Source: Alphaproteobacteria bacterium (GTDB lineage: Bacteria > Pseudomonadota > Alphaproteobacteria > SP197). From it: DNA of 64,000 nucleotides. Shown one piece after another: positions 1 to 9,846 of the stretch; within the stretch, counting starts at the first letter, position 1; every line of letters starts with the position of its first letter. Where the stretch lies: positions 308,897 through 372,896 of the forward strand of contig CBDCEA010000004.1 in the NCBI GenBank assembly GCA_965215635.1, in the 5' to 3' direction. Under the pieces are notes generated by a model. The model worked only from the letters and a program-made list of their open reading frames with translations, was not told the DNA's origin and made no database searches. The position numbers were made by a program, and so were the translations under genes.

Positions 1-243
1 GGGCATGAAGCAATAGGGTTCTGTCTTGCCGTAGGGCATGCGGGTGAGGATCGCAGGAAACGGACCGTCACCGGCGGGAAGGTAAAGATCGGTGGCGAGT
101 TTAACCCCGTCGCGCATGGCCACCATGATGTCGCGGATGACGGGACCCGACTCCGTCCGAACCGGAAGCGAGGATGGGATCGTCTCATAGGCCGCGGTCT
201 CGTGCTTTTCTTTCCAGGCCTGAAGCCCGCCAGGTTCGCTCAT
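1..243 (-). CDS. CocE/NonD-family hydrolase (S15 X-Pro dipeptidyl-peptidase fold), N-terminal 81 aa only; the gene runs off the window start
   Basis: My own reverse-strand translation gives MSEPGGLQAWKEKHETAAYETIPSSLPVRTESGPVIRDIMVAMRDGVKLATDLYLPAGDGPFPAILTRMPYGK..., the typical CocE/NonD N-terminus (MRDGV.L..D.Y.P...GPFP..L.R.PYGK). A GGGGGA Shine-Dalgarno sits 6 nt upstream of the ATG at 243. Not in the ORF track because it has no stop inside the window. Confidence 0.6.
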   Translation of the reverse strand, partial: MSEPGGLQAWKEKHETAAYETIPSSLPVRTESGPVIRDIMVAMRDGVKLATDLYLPAGDGPFPAILTRMPYGKTEPYCFMP

Positions 244-256
244 CGGTTCCCCCTTC

Positions 257-649
257 ATGCCGGTTGCCTTCGTGTTCTATCACATTGGCGAACCGGCGTT
301 GACCGTAGTAGAACAGGGCATGGACGAGGAGGCGACGATGTACGAGATCGACCCTCAAAGAACCGACCTCGTGGAGGAGTTCTGGCGCAATCCCTCGGGC
401 CCCTACAGCCCCGAACTCAACTTGCTGGTGAACCGTCTTCGCCTGCTACCCATGGGGGAGCGCTTCATTCTGGTGACGGCCCGCAACGGAGGCGAATGGA
501 CGGTGGCCAGACTGCCGAATGAGAGAGGACGAGCGGTCGAACTCCTCGAAGACCGTGTGTTCGATGATTACAACGACGCATGCCGGGAGGTCTTTCGCCT
601 GCGTTGGCAGGCGATAACGGGCCTGGATCCAAGGGAGGATGACCGGTGA
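257..649 (+). CDS. putative small subunit of an N,N-dimethylformamidase-like amidohydrolase (130 aa); start codon uncertain
   Basis: 130-aa ORF whose TGA overlaps the GTG start of the large-subunit gene by 4 nt (GTGA at 646-649). Size and position match the roughly 15-kDa alpha subunit of two-subunit DMFases. No signature motif recognised; the start at 257 has no Shine-Dalgarno and lies only 13 nt from the divergent gene start at 243. Confidence 0.4.
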   Translation: MPVAFVFYHIGEPALTVVEQGMDEEATMYEIDPQRTDLVEEFWRNPSGPYSPELNLLVNRLRLLPMGERFILVTARNGGEWTVARLPNERGRAVELLEDRVFDDYNDACREVFRLRWQAITGLDPREDDR

Positions 650-2853
650 AGAAGATCGTCGGCTATGCCAGCCAATGGAGCGTCGCTCCGGGTGACACGC
701 TCGAATTCAAAGTCAGCACCTATGGTCCGGTCGAGTATCGCGCGGATCTGGTGCGCATCATCTGCGGCGACGACGATCCCGACCGCGGCCTCTACCGGGA
801 GGAGGAGATCGATGCTCCCTTCAGCGGTATCCATCCCGGCCACACCCAGGAAATGTTCGCAGGGTCCTTCGTCACCGTCCCGTCGGCGCCGCAGTTGGAG
901 CGCATAGAGAGTTTCACGGTGCAGGCCTGGATCTTCCCCACGACACCCCTTGCAGGCGAACAGGGCGTCGTGGCCCACTGGGACGCGACCACGTCGAGAG
1001 GCTTCGCGCTCGTCATCACGGCCGACGGGGTACTTGCCCTGAAGACGGGCGACGGTACCTCCAGCGAAGTCCGGCTTGCCGCGGCACTCGAGCCCCGGCG
1101 CTGGTATCTGGTATCCGGTTCATTCGATGACCTCTCAGGCGAAATCCGTGTGCGTCAGCACCGCGCCGATTCGGAGGTCGAGGCAGGCAACACTACCGAG
1201 ACTCAAGGCAAGGGATCCTTTCGGCCGGCAGGCGCACCGCTCCTCATGGCGGCACTACCCGCCGCCACAGGGCGTGTGGAATGTCATTTCAACGGCAAGA
1301 TCGACCGGCCCCGCATTACTGCCAGGGCGCTCGAACCTCGGGAAATCGAGGCCCTTGCCTGGTCGAACCTGCCCCACGAAGGGGATGCGGATGTTGTCGC
1401 CGCCTGGGATTTCTCCAGGGACATCGGCCGCGCGCGCATCACGGATGCCGGGTACAACGGCCTTCACGGCTCGACCGTCAATCTGCCGTCCCGCGGCGTC
1501 AAGGGCTTCAACTGGTCGGGCAGGGAACAGAGCTGGGGCCACGCGGCGGAAGAATACGGTGCGATCCATTTCCATGACGACGATCACTACGATGCCGGTT
1601 GGTCGACCGATTTCAGCCACACCGTGCCCGACACCCTGAAGAGCGGGGTCTATGCCGCCCGGCTGAGAGCCGAGGACGATGAATGGCATGTCACATTCTT
1701 CGTGAGGCCGCGCCGGGGAACGGCAACATCGAAGCTCGCGTTCCTTGCCTCCACCGCGACCTACATGGCCTACAGCAATTATCGCTGGCACATGAGCGAG
1801 CACTACGCTGAGGTGGCGGAAACATTCTGGACGACACTCACACGTAACGACGCCTTCCTTCAGGAACACCGTGAGTTCGGGCATTCGACCTACGATACCC
1901 ATGCCGACGGCAGTGGCGTGCGTTATGCCTCCAGGCTACGCCCCGTCCTCAACATGGCGCCGAAGACGCCGCTCTGGAGCTTCAACCCCGACACGCACAT
2001 CCTTGCCTGGCTCGAGGAGAAGGGTATCGGCTTCGATGTGGTGACTGACGAGGACCTGCACCGGGAAGGCGCAGGGCTTCTCGAAGCTTACCGTGCCGTG
2101 ATGACGGGCACCCATCCCGAATACTACTCGACGCCGATGTGGGACGGAATGCGCGGCTACCTCGCGCGCGGCGGTCGCCTGGCCTATTTCGGTGGCAACG
2201 GATTTATCTGGCGCTGCGCCTTCTCCGAGGAATGGCCCGGCGCTCTGGAGCTGCGCCGCGCCGAGGACGGCATCCGCTACCGTGACGAGGAACCTGGCGA
2301 GTACTGGCTCGAGTTCACCGGCGAGTATGGCGGCCTGTGGCGCCGTCTGGGCATGGCACCGCAGGCGCTCGTGGGTGTCGGGACCGTGGCCGTGGGCTTC
2401 GACAGGTCAGGGTATTACCGGCGCACGCCTCAGAGCTTCGATCCCCGGGCCGCCTTCATCTTCGAGGGAATCGGCAAGGATGAACTGATCGGAACGTTCG
2501 GCATCCAGGGCGGAGGTGCCAGCGGTTCGGAAATCGATGCCACGGATCCCCTGCTTGGCACACCCGTCCATGCCCTTGTCATAGCGCGTTCGGAAGGACA
2601 TTCGGCCAACACGTGGCTCGTGCCGGACGAAACCGGATTCCACCACAGCGCCATGGACGGGATACAGAATCCACGGATCAGGGCCGACATGACATTCTTC
2701 GAAACGCCCAGCGGCGGAGCAGTCTTCTCGACCGGATCGATCGCCTGGGGTGCCAGCCTTCCGCACGAAAACTGGTGCAACAATGTTTCGAGGATATCCG
2801 AGAACGTGCTGAGGCGTTTCCTTGATCCCGAGCGCTTCGTGATATCGACCTGA
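646..2853 (+). CDS. N,N-dimethylformamidase large (beta) subunit family protein, 735 aa
   Basis: 735-aa ORF of DmfA2-like size. Sequence has the character of that family (GFALVITADG..., ASTATYMAYSNYRWH..., WSFNPDTHILAWLEEKGIGFDVVTDEDLH...). Translationally coupled to the upstream small ORF. Confidence 0.75.
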   Translation: MKKIVGYASQWSVAPGDTLEFKVSTYGPVEYRADLVRIICGDDDPDRGLYREEEIDAPFSGIHPGHTQEMFAGSFVTVPSAPQLERIESFTVQAWIFPTTPLAGEQGVVAHWDATTSRGFALVITADGVLALKTGDGTSSEVRLAAALEPRRWYLVSGSFDDLSGEIRVRQHRADSEVEAGNTTETQGKGSFRPAGAPLLMAALPAATGRVECHFNGKIDRPRITARALEPREIEALAWSNLPHEGDADVVAAWDFSRDIGRARITDAGYNGLHGSTVNLPSRGVKGFNWSGREQSWGHAAEEYGAIHFHDDDHYDAGWSTDFSHTVPDTLKSGVYAARLRAEDDEWHVTFFVRPRRGTATSKLAFLASTATYMAYSNYRWHMSEHYAEVAETFWTTLTRNDAFLQEHREFGHSTYDTHADGSGVRYASRLRPVLNMAPKTPLWSFNPDTHILAWLEEKGIGFDVVTDEDLHREGAGLLEAYRAVMTGTHPEYYSTPMWDGMRGYLARGGRLAYFGGNGFIWRCAFSEEWPGALELRRAEDGIRYRDEEPGEYWLEFTGEYGGLWRRLGMAPQALVGVGTVAVGFDRSGYYRRTPQSFDPRAAFIFEGIGKDELIGTFGIQGGGASGSEIDATDPLLGTPVHALVIARSEGHSANTWLVPDETGFHHSAMDGIQNPRIRADMTFFETPSGGAVFSTGSIAWGASLPHENWCNNVSRISENVLRRFLDPERFVIST

Positions 2854-2859
2854 GACTGT

Positions 2860-3225
2860 TCAGGCCGCGATCATGTAGAACTTGCGCAGGGTCTCGGTGA
2901 TTTCCCAGATGCAGGCGGTTCCCTTCGGGATGAAGAAGGTGTTTCCCGGTGTGTAGGTCTCCGCCTTGCCGCTGTCGTCCGTCACCGTGACGGAACCTTC
3001 CAGCACGGTCATCATCTCGTTGACGGGATAGGCCGCGATCTTCTCCCGGCACGGCGCGCATTGCCACACGCCCGTAAGAATGTCGCCGTCATCGGATGCA
3101 TAGGCATGGGATATCAGTTCGGTCTGATCGGCAGATGTGAAGGCCGCCTTGGCGATGAGTTCGGACGGCGCCATTCCTTCCTCGGAATGACCTTCGCGAT
3201 TGAGCCTTAAGGGAATTGTCGTCAT
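2860..3225 (-). CDS. cupin-domain protein (cupin_3/DUF861-like), about 121 aa
   Basis: C-terminal beta-barrel motifs (GDILTGVWQCAPCREKIAAYPVNEMMTVLEGSVTVTDDSGKAETYTPGNTFFIPKGTACIWEITETLRKFYM). Start chosen at the internal Met (MTTIPL) because GAGGA lies 7 nt upstream; the ORF-track TTG start further upstream has no Shine-Dalgarno. Confidence 0.55.
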   Translation of the reverse strand: MTTIPLRLNREGHSEEGMAPSELIAKAAFTSADQTELISHAYASDDGDILTGVWQCAPCREKIAAYPVNEMMTVLEGSVTVTDDSGKAETYTPGNTFFIPKGTACIWEITETLRKFYMIAA

Positions 3226-3646
3226 GAATGGATCCTCGCATGGTGGTGAAGTCATGATGCGCAGACGTCGTCCGACATTCAAGATTTCTGCGTCATGCCT
3301 GCAACACGGACACGAGAGCCTTTCCCGGTTTCTTGGCTGTTGGTGTTGCAGGGCTGTCCTTGCAGAGCAGCCAATTCTTGAAGATCAGAATTTCCTGATA
3401 TGGTCACATTATTATTAGAACCAGCCTGTTATATCGGTATATTCGGCTATTTCATGAAGCATTTATGGGGGCTCCGTTAACACCATTTCCGGGTTCGCCC
3501 CAGACCGCAGACAGGGCAGCCGGTGTGGACAGCCAGGAGGTGTCCGGAGACACCGGCACCGACTATTGGTGATGTCTCGAGACTGTCACCAAGACAGTTC
3601 TTTGCTGAGCTTCACCTGCATGCCGCGCAGCACTAAGGGCGATGGC

Positions 3647-5479
3647 TCAACCCATCACCGGCAGCACAATCCGTGACGGCCTTCCCTTTGCCCGGTAGAG
3701 GGTGATCCTGGCTGGAGGATCGTGGATGGGCACCCGGTCGTTGCCCCGGTCGGCGCATGTAACGGTCACGCGGATACGGTGACCGGCACGGAAGAATTTC
3801 GAGGTGGGATGGAGATCGAAGACGATTTCGACCGCTTCACCGGTCATCGGCTGGCTGTCGGCTTCGAGCCCGCTGTGCCAAGGCAATCCGAAATTGTTCC
3901 ATGGTGGGTGTGCGAGTTTGCAATTGTTCCATGGTGGGTGTGCGAGTTTGCGATGGGCAAGAAGGCTTCCCTCGGTGACGTAGCGGGAGACGCCATCGCG
4001 CCCGACATCCTCAAGATGGACATAGAAAGCACCGTCGGGTCGATCCGAACGAATCCACAGGTGAACCACCGGATGGCCGGTGATCTCGATGTCTGCTTGC
4101 AGTGGAGAGGACGTATAGGTCAGACCCCTGGCGTCGTTCGGTGCCATGTCGGGGTAGCCGCTGGGTCCGCCGTTGGCGTTGGTCCAGCGGTTGGTCTTGC
4201 CGGTCGTGGCCCGATAATCCGCCATGAGAGAGTCGGTATCCTCATCGACTGGTGCCACCATCGTCAGCGTGCCGTTATTGATTGATGTGCTGCTGCCCGA
4301 GTGGCCCGCCGCGAAATAGTGGGTGACGGCCGAGGAATTCTCCGGTGGCCAGTGCCGGGCGGAACGCCACTCCTCGCCAACCGGAGCATCGATGGTCCAG
4401 TAGTGGATCGGATCCTCGTTCATGACGCCCGTATCGATGCCCTTCAGCCAGTGGTCGTACCAGCGAAGGTGCTCGGCCGTGTAGTCGAGGCCATGCTGGT
4501 CGACATGGAACCAGGGCCCGATCACGACTTTCTGGGGATTGGGAAGATTGGCCCACCACAGCAGCGTGTCCCTCGGGAACATGTCGAACCAGCCGGCGAG
4601 GTGATAGATGGGGATACCGCTTTCCGCGATCTCCCGAAGGCAGCCATTGGGACTGCGCGTGGCGTGAAGGCATTCGCCGCTGATCGGATCGCGGCTGTCG
4701 CGGTAGGGCACGTTCAGCAGCATCCGATACCAGTCGAGGTTTGTGCGATGTTCGTGCCTGGCCTCCTCGAGCAACTCCGCGGCGACATCGTCATCGACAG
4801 GGGCTGCCGGACCCTGGTACGAACCACGCCATATCATCGGCAGGGACTGATCGAGATTGGCAGTGAGATGCTGCCAGTCGAAACGGCTGGTCTCGCGGAA
4901 GATGCCTCCGCCGAAGGCGTAATCGTAGTGATCGAAACTGGCCATCTCCGGGAAGATCGCCTTGAGATGGGGCGGTTTCCGGGAGGCGGCGAAGTATTGC
5001 GTGATGCCGAGATAGGAACGCCCGTACATGCCGATATTGCCGTTGCACCACGGCTCGGCGGCAATCCACTCGGTGATGTCGCGGGCATCGTCGCACTCTT
5101 CCGCCGCATACTGGCCGCGGTTGATGCCGAAGGAGGCACCTGCACCCCTGACATCGACCGTGGCCACGACATAGCCATGCCTGATGACGGCGTGAAGCCA
5201 GGTATCCCATGTGTCGAGTTCCGTCACGACCCTGCCGTCCTCGTCGAGGGAAGCGCGCTGATAACGCGTGTGAGTCCACAGGGCCGGCAGGGGCTCCTCG
5301 ACGAGTGTTCCGGCAAGAGTCGGACGGAAGACATCGACCGCAAGGCGGACGCCGTCGCGCACGGCGACATGGAACGAGAAACGGCAGAATCCGTCGTAGC
5401 GACCGTCTTCCCCGGTACGGTAACGTCCGAACGATGACCTTGATTCTCCCACAGCTTTCTCCGCGGCCTTATTAGCCAT
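3647..5479 (-). CDS. CocE/NonD-family hydrolase (S15 peptidase/esterase fold), about 610 aa
   Basis: 625-aa ORF with hallmarks VDVRGAGASFG, GMYGRSYLGITQ, the hydrolase domain and the C-terminal beta-sandwich. Start set at MANKAAEK (ATG). Contains an in-frame 30-bp tandem duplication (see the repeat feature at 3891..3950). Confidence 0.8.
   Translation of the reverse strand: MANKAAEKAVGESRSSFGRYRTGEDGRYDGFCRFSFHVAVRDGVRLAVDVFRPTLAGTLVEEPLPALWTHTRYQRASLDEDGRVVTELDTWDTWLHAVIRHGYVVATVDVRGAGASFGINRGQYAAEECDDARDITEWIAAEPWCNGNIGMYGRSYLGITQYFAASRKPPHLKAIFPEMASFDHYDYAFGGGIFRETSRFDWQHLTANLDQSLPMIWRGSYQGPAAPVDDDVAAELLEEARHEHRTNLDWYRMLLNVPYRDSRDPISGECLHATRSPNGCLREIAESGIPIYHLAGWFDMFPRDTLLWWANLPNPQKVVIGPWFHVDQHGLDYTAEHLRWYDHWLKGIDTGVMNEDPIHYWTIDAPVGEEWRSARHWPPENSSAVTHYFAAGHSGSSTSINNGTLTMVAPVDEDTDSLMADYRATTGKTNRWTNANGGPSGYPDMAPNDARGLTYTSSPLQADIEITGHPVVHLWIRSDRPDGAFYVHLEDVGRDGVSRYVTEGSLLAHRKLAHPPWNNCKLAHPPWNNFGLPWHSGLEADSQPMTGEAVEIVFDLHPTSKFFRAGHRIRVTVTCADRGNDRVPIHDPPARITLYRAKGRPSRIVLPVMG
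3891..3950 (-). repeat. perfect/near-perfect 30-bp tandem duplication (x2) inside the CocE/NonD CDS; in frame, duplicates the peptide KLAHPPWNN(C/F)
   Basis: (a/c)attgttccatggtgggtgtgcgagtttg occurs twice in tandem at 3891-3920 and 3921-3950; the protein reads ...NCKLAHPPWNNFGLPWH. Confidence 0.9.
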
Positions 5480-5524
5480 ATCGGGGACCGGACGTCTCCG
5501 GTCGCCGGGACACCCAGGCGACAT

Positions 5525-5983
5525 TCAGGCTTTCCTCTTCGTTCGGGATGGCAAGGACGGGCCCAGGGTTTCGATCAGGCGCCACAGGCCCCCCGATTCG
5601 AAATGTCGGGTCCCTTCCGGGAATGCACGCCCGTCAATGCCCTCCATGCGAACAGTCAGGATCGGATGACCGCCGGGCCGGGTGAGGTGCGCCAGTTTCC
5701 TGAATTCGCAATCGGGTGCATGGCTGATGCCGAAGGCGCCGGTCGATACTACGGCACCGAAACGGCCATCCAGGATGTCGATGGGTGCCGCCAGATCGGC
5801 GCAGTGAAACCCGCTGTAGACCTTGTGGTGTTCTGCGAGCGCAAGCGTGCCTTCGGACATGTCGAGGGCCTCGAGATCACCGTATCCGGCGAGCATCAGC
5901 CGTTCGTCCAGAAGCCCGGTGCCCGCGCCGGCATTGAGGGCACCTTTTCCGGTCGCCACGTGACGTGCCGTGAGCACGGTCAC
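5525..5983 (-). CDS. class I SAM-dependent methyltransferase, N-terminally short (152 aa); probably frameshifted, with the N-terminus continuing in the ORF 5980..6285 frame
   Basis: Motif I-like ALNAGAGTG only 16 aa from the ORF start, then FGAVVSTGAFGISHAPD and RPGGHPIL. The upstream ORF 5980..6285 (-) ends 3 nt away in another frame. Confidence 0.4.
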   Translation of the reverse strand: MTVLTARHVATGKGALNAGAGTGLLDERLMLAGYGDLEALDMSEGTLALAEHHKVYSGFHCADLAAPIDILDGRFGAVVSTGAFGISHAPDCEFRKLAHLTRPGGHPILTVRMEGIDGRAFPEGTRHFESGGLWRLIETLGPSLPSRTKRKA

Positions 5984-6340
5984 GAGGCCCGGCAGCCTGA
6001 AACCGCATCATAGGCCCAGATGTCGTGGCTTTCGCGCAGTTCCCCGGCGTCGCGCGGATGGCAGTTCCGTTGCAGCAGTTCCTCGCGTGAAAGGTCCATG
6101 GTGTCCCTGACCTGGTGACAAGGGTGCAACGAGACCGGAATCTCATGCTCCGCCCGACGATCCCACTTGCGAGGATCGCTGTGGTTCCTGGACTCTGGCA
6201 CATCCAGGTCCTTCAATGCCACCAGCGCGAAACAGCAAGGGCAGGGAAGCGCTCCCTGCGCGGATGAATTACCGACGTTGATCAATCGAGCACCGCACCT
6301 GTACTATTTCCTGCCATGATGCATCGAGGAGAGATTCAAG

Positions 6341-7484
6341 ATGACCAAGATCATGCCTGTTGACGAGTTCTCGGATGCGTTGGCCAAGAAGGCGTTGACG
6401 AGGAGGGATGTGGCCAGGACTCTGGCCGGCGTGGGTGTTGCAACCGTGACGATGCCGTTCATCCAGCGGCCGGCCATGAAGTGAGGACGACTGGCTCTTT
6501 CTCTTTACCTGGAACGGTTACGAGCTCCCGGAGCTCCATCCGGCGTTCACGGACAAGTACGGTCGTGAACCCGTTTCCTCGTTCTATGCCGACAACGACG
6601 AGGCACTGGAAAAGATCCGTGCAGGCTTTCTGGCCGACATCGTCTGCCCCAGCGGCAGCACCGTGATCCGGTGGATTCACGCCTGCCTGGTCGAACCGAT
6701 CGACACGAGTCGGCTTACGCACTGGCCCGACATCTTCGATCAACTCAGGAATATCCGCGGCACGACCGACGACAACGGCAATCACTATTACGCCCCTTGG
6801 TCCTGGGGCAATTCGTCCGTGGTGTTCCGTCCCGATCTGGCACCCGAGTACTCGGGCAAGGAGAACCATACCTGGAAAATCCTCTGGGATCCCAAGTATG
6901 CCAACAGGGTGGCCATGCGCGACAACTGGGCGGGCACCACCATTCCGGCCGGCCTGATCGCCGGAGTCGAGGATCCCTTCGCGATGACCGACGACGAGAT
7001 CGAGGAAGTCCGGAAACTCCTTCAGGAACAGCGCGGTCTCAACCGTTTCTACTGGGCGAGCGAGGTCGATGCCCAGTCTGCCCTGGCGACCGGGGAGATT
7101 GTTGCCATGTATGCCTGGAACTCTGCCTACGCCACACTCAAGGCCGAGGGAATTTCGGTGGAATACATGGTGCCGAAAGAAGGTCTGCTGACCTGGGTGG
7201 ATGGTCACGTGCTGCTCAACACGTATGTGGGAACCGAAGAGCAGCGTTACGACTATCTCGATGCCACACTGGCACCGGAAGTCGGGGTCTTCATGATCGA
7301 GGAGTACGCCTATGGCGCCTGCAATGCGAAGTCCTATGACATGGCGAACAGAGCCATCGTAGAAAATCTCGGTTTCGAGGATCCCGAGGCGATCCTTTCC
7401 GGAAGCCTGTGGTTCCAGACCGTGCCGCCGGACATCCAGCGCAAGCTCGTCAACCTGCACGACGAAGTCCTGGCTGGCATTTGA
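6341..7484 (+). pseudogene. PotD/PotF-like periplasmic substrate-binding protein (TAT signal), paralog 1 of 4, disrupted by a frameshift near 6480
   Basis: ATG at 6341 with GGAGAG 8 nt upstream gives MTKIMPVDEFSDALAKKALTRRDVARTLAGVGVATVTMPFIQRPAMK, then stops. The +1 frame continues SEDDWLFLFTWNGYELPELHPAFTDKYGREP...DWGNSSVVFRPDL... to 7484. Both parts align end to end with the intact paralog at 40214..41368. Confidence 0.65.
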
Positions 7485-8007
7485 ATTCCTGTGATCTGCT
7501 GATCGACAACTACGGCCCGGCAATCGGTTGCGTCGCGACCGGTTGCCGGGCCCTGCATGTCTGCTGTCTCCTGCCCATGAATGGAAACCCGGGATGGCAT
7601 TCGGACTCGACATTCTTCCCGGCGATGCCGTGGATCGATCGGGAGCAGAGATCGTCACCGGCTTCGTTCCTTTCCGGATGCCTCTAACGGTTCATCAGCG
7701 AGGCCCCAGTCCGGCGTCGACCGGGCAGAGCGCCTTGTCTTCGGCAAGCCCGGGCTTAAGAACGGTTCGCATCCACGGCCTCCTCGCCGTGGCGGACCAC
7801 CGGCTGTTTCCCCGCTGATCCAGCCATCTCTTTGGCGCAAGTGAGCTGATCGAGTCCCCAGGCGGCGAAACGGCGCAGTGCTTCCATGTCGATGACGGTC
7901 CTTGGCCCGCCTCGCCGCGCAAGTGGCAGGCCTGCTCCAGATGAACGTCATGGTGGCAGGAACAGATATCGCGGCCGACAGCGGCTCCACACTCGTGGTT
8001 AGCGGCA

Positions 8008-8062
8008 GCCATGAATGGGAAGGGGACTGGCTTCCTCTCGATGATGAGGTGGTTCAGTTGGT
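8008..8062. repeat. about 50-bp short repeat element, copy A (copy B at 10178..10232)
   Basis: gccatgaatgggaaggggactggcttcctctcgatgatgaggtggttcagttggt versus gccatgggcgggaaggggactccctcttgatgacgaggtggttcagtcggt, about 85 % identical. Both copies flank urease-related DNA. Confidence 0.6.
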
Positions 8063-8090
8063 GAGGCCGGGATTGCCATCACTCGGGGCG

Positions 8091-8575
8091 GGTGCTCGGC
8101 TGCGTAATCGGGGCCATGCTGGTCGACATGGAACCAGGGCCCGATCACGACTTTCTGGGGATCGGGCAGATTGGCCCACCACAGCAGTGTGTCCCTCGGG
8201 AACATGTCGAACCAGCCGGCGAGGTGATAGATGGGGATACCGCTTTCCGCGATCTCCCGAAGGCAGCCATTGGGACTGCGCGTGGCGTGAAGGCATTCGC
8301 CGCTGATCGAATCGCGGCTGCCGCGGTAGGGCACGTTCAGCAGCATCCGGTACCAGTCGAGGTTCGCGCGATGTTCGCGCCTGGCCTCCTTGAGTAACTC
8401 CGTGGCGACATCGTCATCGACCGGGGCCGCAGGACCCTGGTACGAACCGCGCCATATCATCAGCGAGGCTGCGTTGTCTCCCATCGCGGACCAGACAATG
8501 AGCCCTCCCTTGATGACCTGTTCCGGCTTGATCCTGAAGAATCCGAGCCGCCAGAGAACGATATCCGCGAACTCC
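8091..8575 (-). pseudogene. chimeric gene fragment: a 370-bp copy of an internal piece of the CocE/NonD gene (equivalent to 4469-4843) fused to a 120-bp copy of an internal piece of ureC (equivalent to 10745-10865)
   Basis: Direct nucleotide comparison shows about 93-95 % identity to both source segments. The junction lies at a shared tcatc (catatcATC|agcgag). ORF 7999..8643 (-) translates as urease-alpha-like ...[33 protein letters not shown] followed by CocE-like [45 protein letters not shown]... Confidence 0.85.
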
Positions 8576-8715
8576 GCGATTGGCTCACCGAGCGCAGATG
8601 CGATCCGGTGAGCCCGCCCAATTCCACACGCGACAACCGTCACCCATCAGGAAGCAACGGCAAGGGACGGGCACCGCAGGGCCCGCCCTTCCGAATGTTC
8701 AGAACGCGAGGCGGC

Positions 8716-9846
8716 TCAGAAACCGGCCTTCACCTCGTCGAACTTGATGATCATCTTTTCCCGGATATCCGAGGGAATTTCGTCGTAAAAGTTGCCTTGG
8801 GCCATCAACGCGACAGGATCGAGGATCCCGAGGGATTCCAGGATCTCGGAATCGATCAGATCGTAGGTGTTCTTGTTCGAATGCCCATAGCCATAGGCCT
8901 CGATCAGATACTTGCCTGCGCGCGGTTCCATGGCGGCATTGAGGTAGTCATAGACCAGGCCGTCGGCCGCTTCGCCGCTGCTGCCAAGCGAGAAGCCGCA
9001 GATCCAGGTCATGATGCCCTCCTTCGGGTTCATGTAGGCCACGGGGATGCCCTGGTTCTTGAGATCTATGATAGAACTGTTCCATGACCAGGCCGCGATC
9101 AGCTCACCAGCCGCCATCGCCTGCTCGAACTCGGTAGGCGAAGCCCAGTAGAAGCGCACGTTGGCATGGAGCCTCCGCACTACCTCGGTGGCGCGCTTGA
9201 TCTCCTCATCAGTCATCGCGAAGATGTCCTCGGCGCCAATCAGCAGCGCACCCACCGCGTAACTCGAATCGACCGAATCGAACATGGAAATCTTGCCCTG
9301 CAGTTCGGGCCTGAGGAGGACATCGTAGGACATTTCGTCCTCGGTGAGCGGAAGCAGGTCCGTGCGGTAGAGGATCGAACTGTTCCCCCAGTCCCACGGC
9401 ATGAAGTAGAATTCACCATCGATCTTCACGCCGCGGATCTCCAGCGTTGTGGGGAAGATATCGCCCCAGGCGTCGATGCGGGTGTGGTCGACCGGGCGCA
9501 GGGCGCCGGCGTCCTTCCAGCGCGCGACCGAGCCGCTGCAGGGATGGGTGATGTCTGTCGGAAATCCCGCCCGCATCTTCTGGAGTGCTTCTTCCTCCTC
9601 GGCGAAGAGTGCGAAGTTGGGTTCTGTGCCGTACTTTTCGACATAGGCCGGATAAAATTCGGGAAGCTCGTATCCAGCCCATTCGAAGACCGCCAGCGAG
9701 GCGGGATCGCCGCTCTGTGCGAACGCGCGGCCCGCGCCGACTGTCACGAGACCGGCGGCCGCAAGGGTGCGGTGAAAGTCACGGCGCGAAATCTCGCCGC
9801 CGACGAGGTTGTCGACCAAACGGGTCGCCTTGGATTTCCGGTACAT
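8716..9846 (-). CDS. PotD/PotF-like periplasmic substrate-binding protein (TAT signal), paralog 2
   Basis: MYRKSKATRLVDNLVGGEISRRDFHRTLAAAGLVTVGAGRAFA (twin-arginine) followed by W(A/G)GYE.PEF and DWGNSSILYRTDL blocks shared with the other three paralogs. ATG at 9846 has GAGAGGA 6 nt upstream. Confidence 0.75.
   Translation of the reverse strand: MYRKSKATRLVDNLVGGEISRRDFHRTLAAAGLVTVGAGRAFAQSGDPASLAVFEWAGYELPEFYPAYVEKYGTEPNFALFAEEEEALQKMRAGFPTDITHPCSGSVARWKDAGALRPVDHTRIDAWGDIFPTTLEIRGVKIDGEFYFMPWDWGNSSILYRTDLLPLTEDEMSYDVLLRPELQGKISMFDSVDSSYAVGALLIGAEDIFAMTDEEIKRATEVVRRLHANVRFYWASPTEFEQAMAAGELIAAWSWNSSIIDLKNQGIPVAYMNPKEGIMTWICGFSLGSSGEAADGLVYDYLNAAMEPRAGKYLIEAYGYGHSNKNTYDLIDSEILESLGILDPVALMAQGNFYDEIPSDIREKMIIKFDEVKAGF

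Noticed and set aside
7695-8012. ORF 7695..8012 (-), with its CSCHH/ACH cysteine-histidine cluster, as a metallochaperone remnant (HypA/UreE-like)
   Set aside because: The Cys/His pattern does not match known HypA or UreE spacing. The ORF lies in the decayed stretch bordered by the 50-bp repeat; insufficient evidence.
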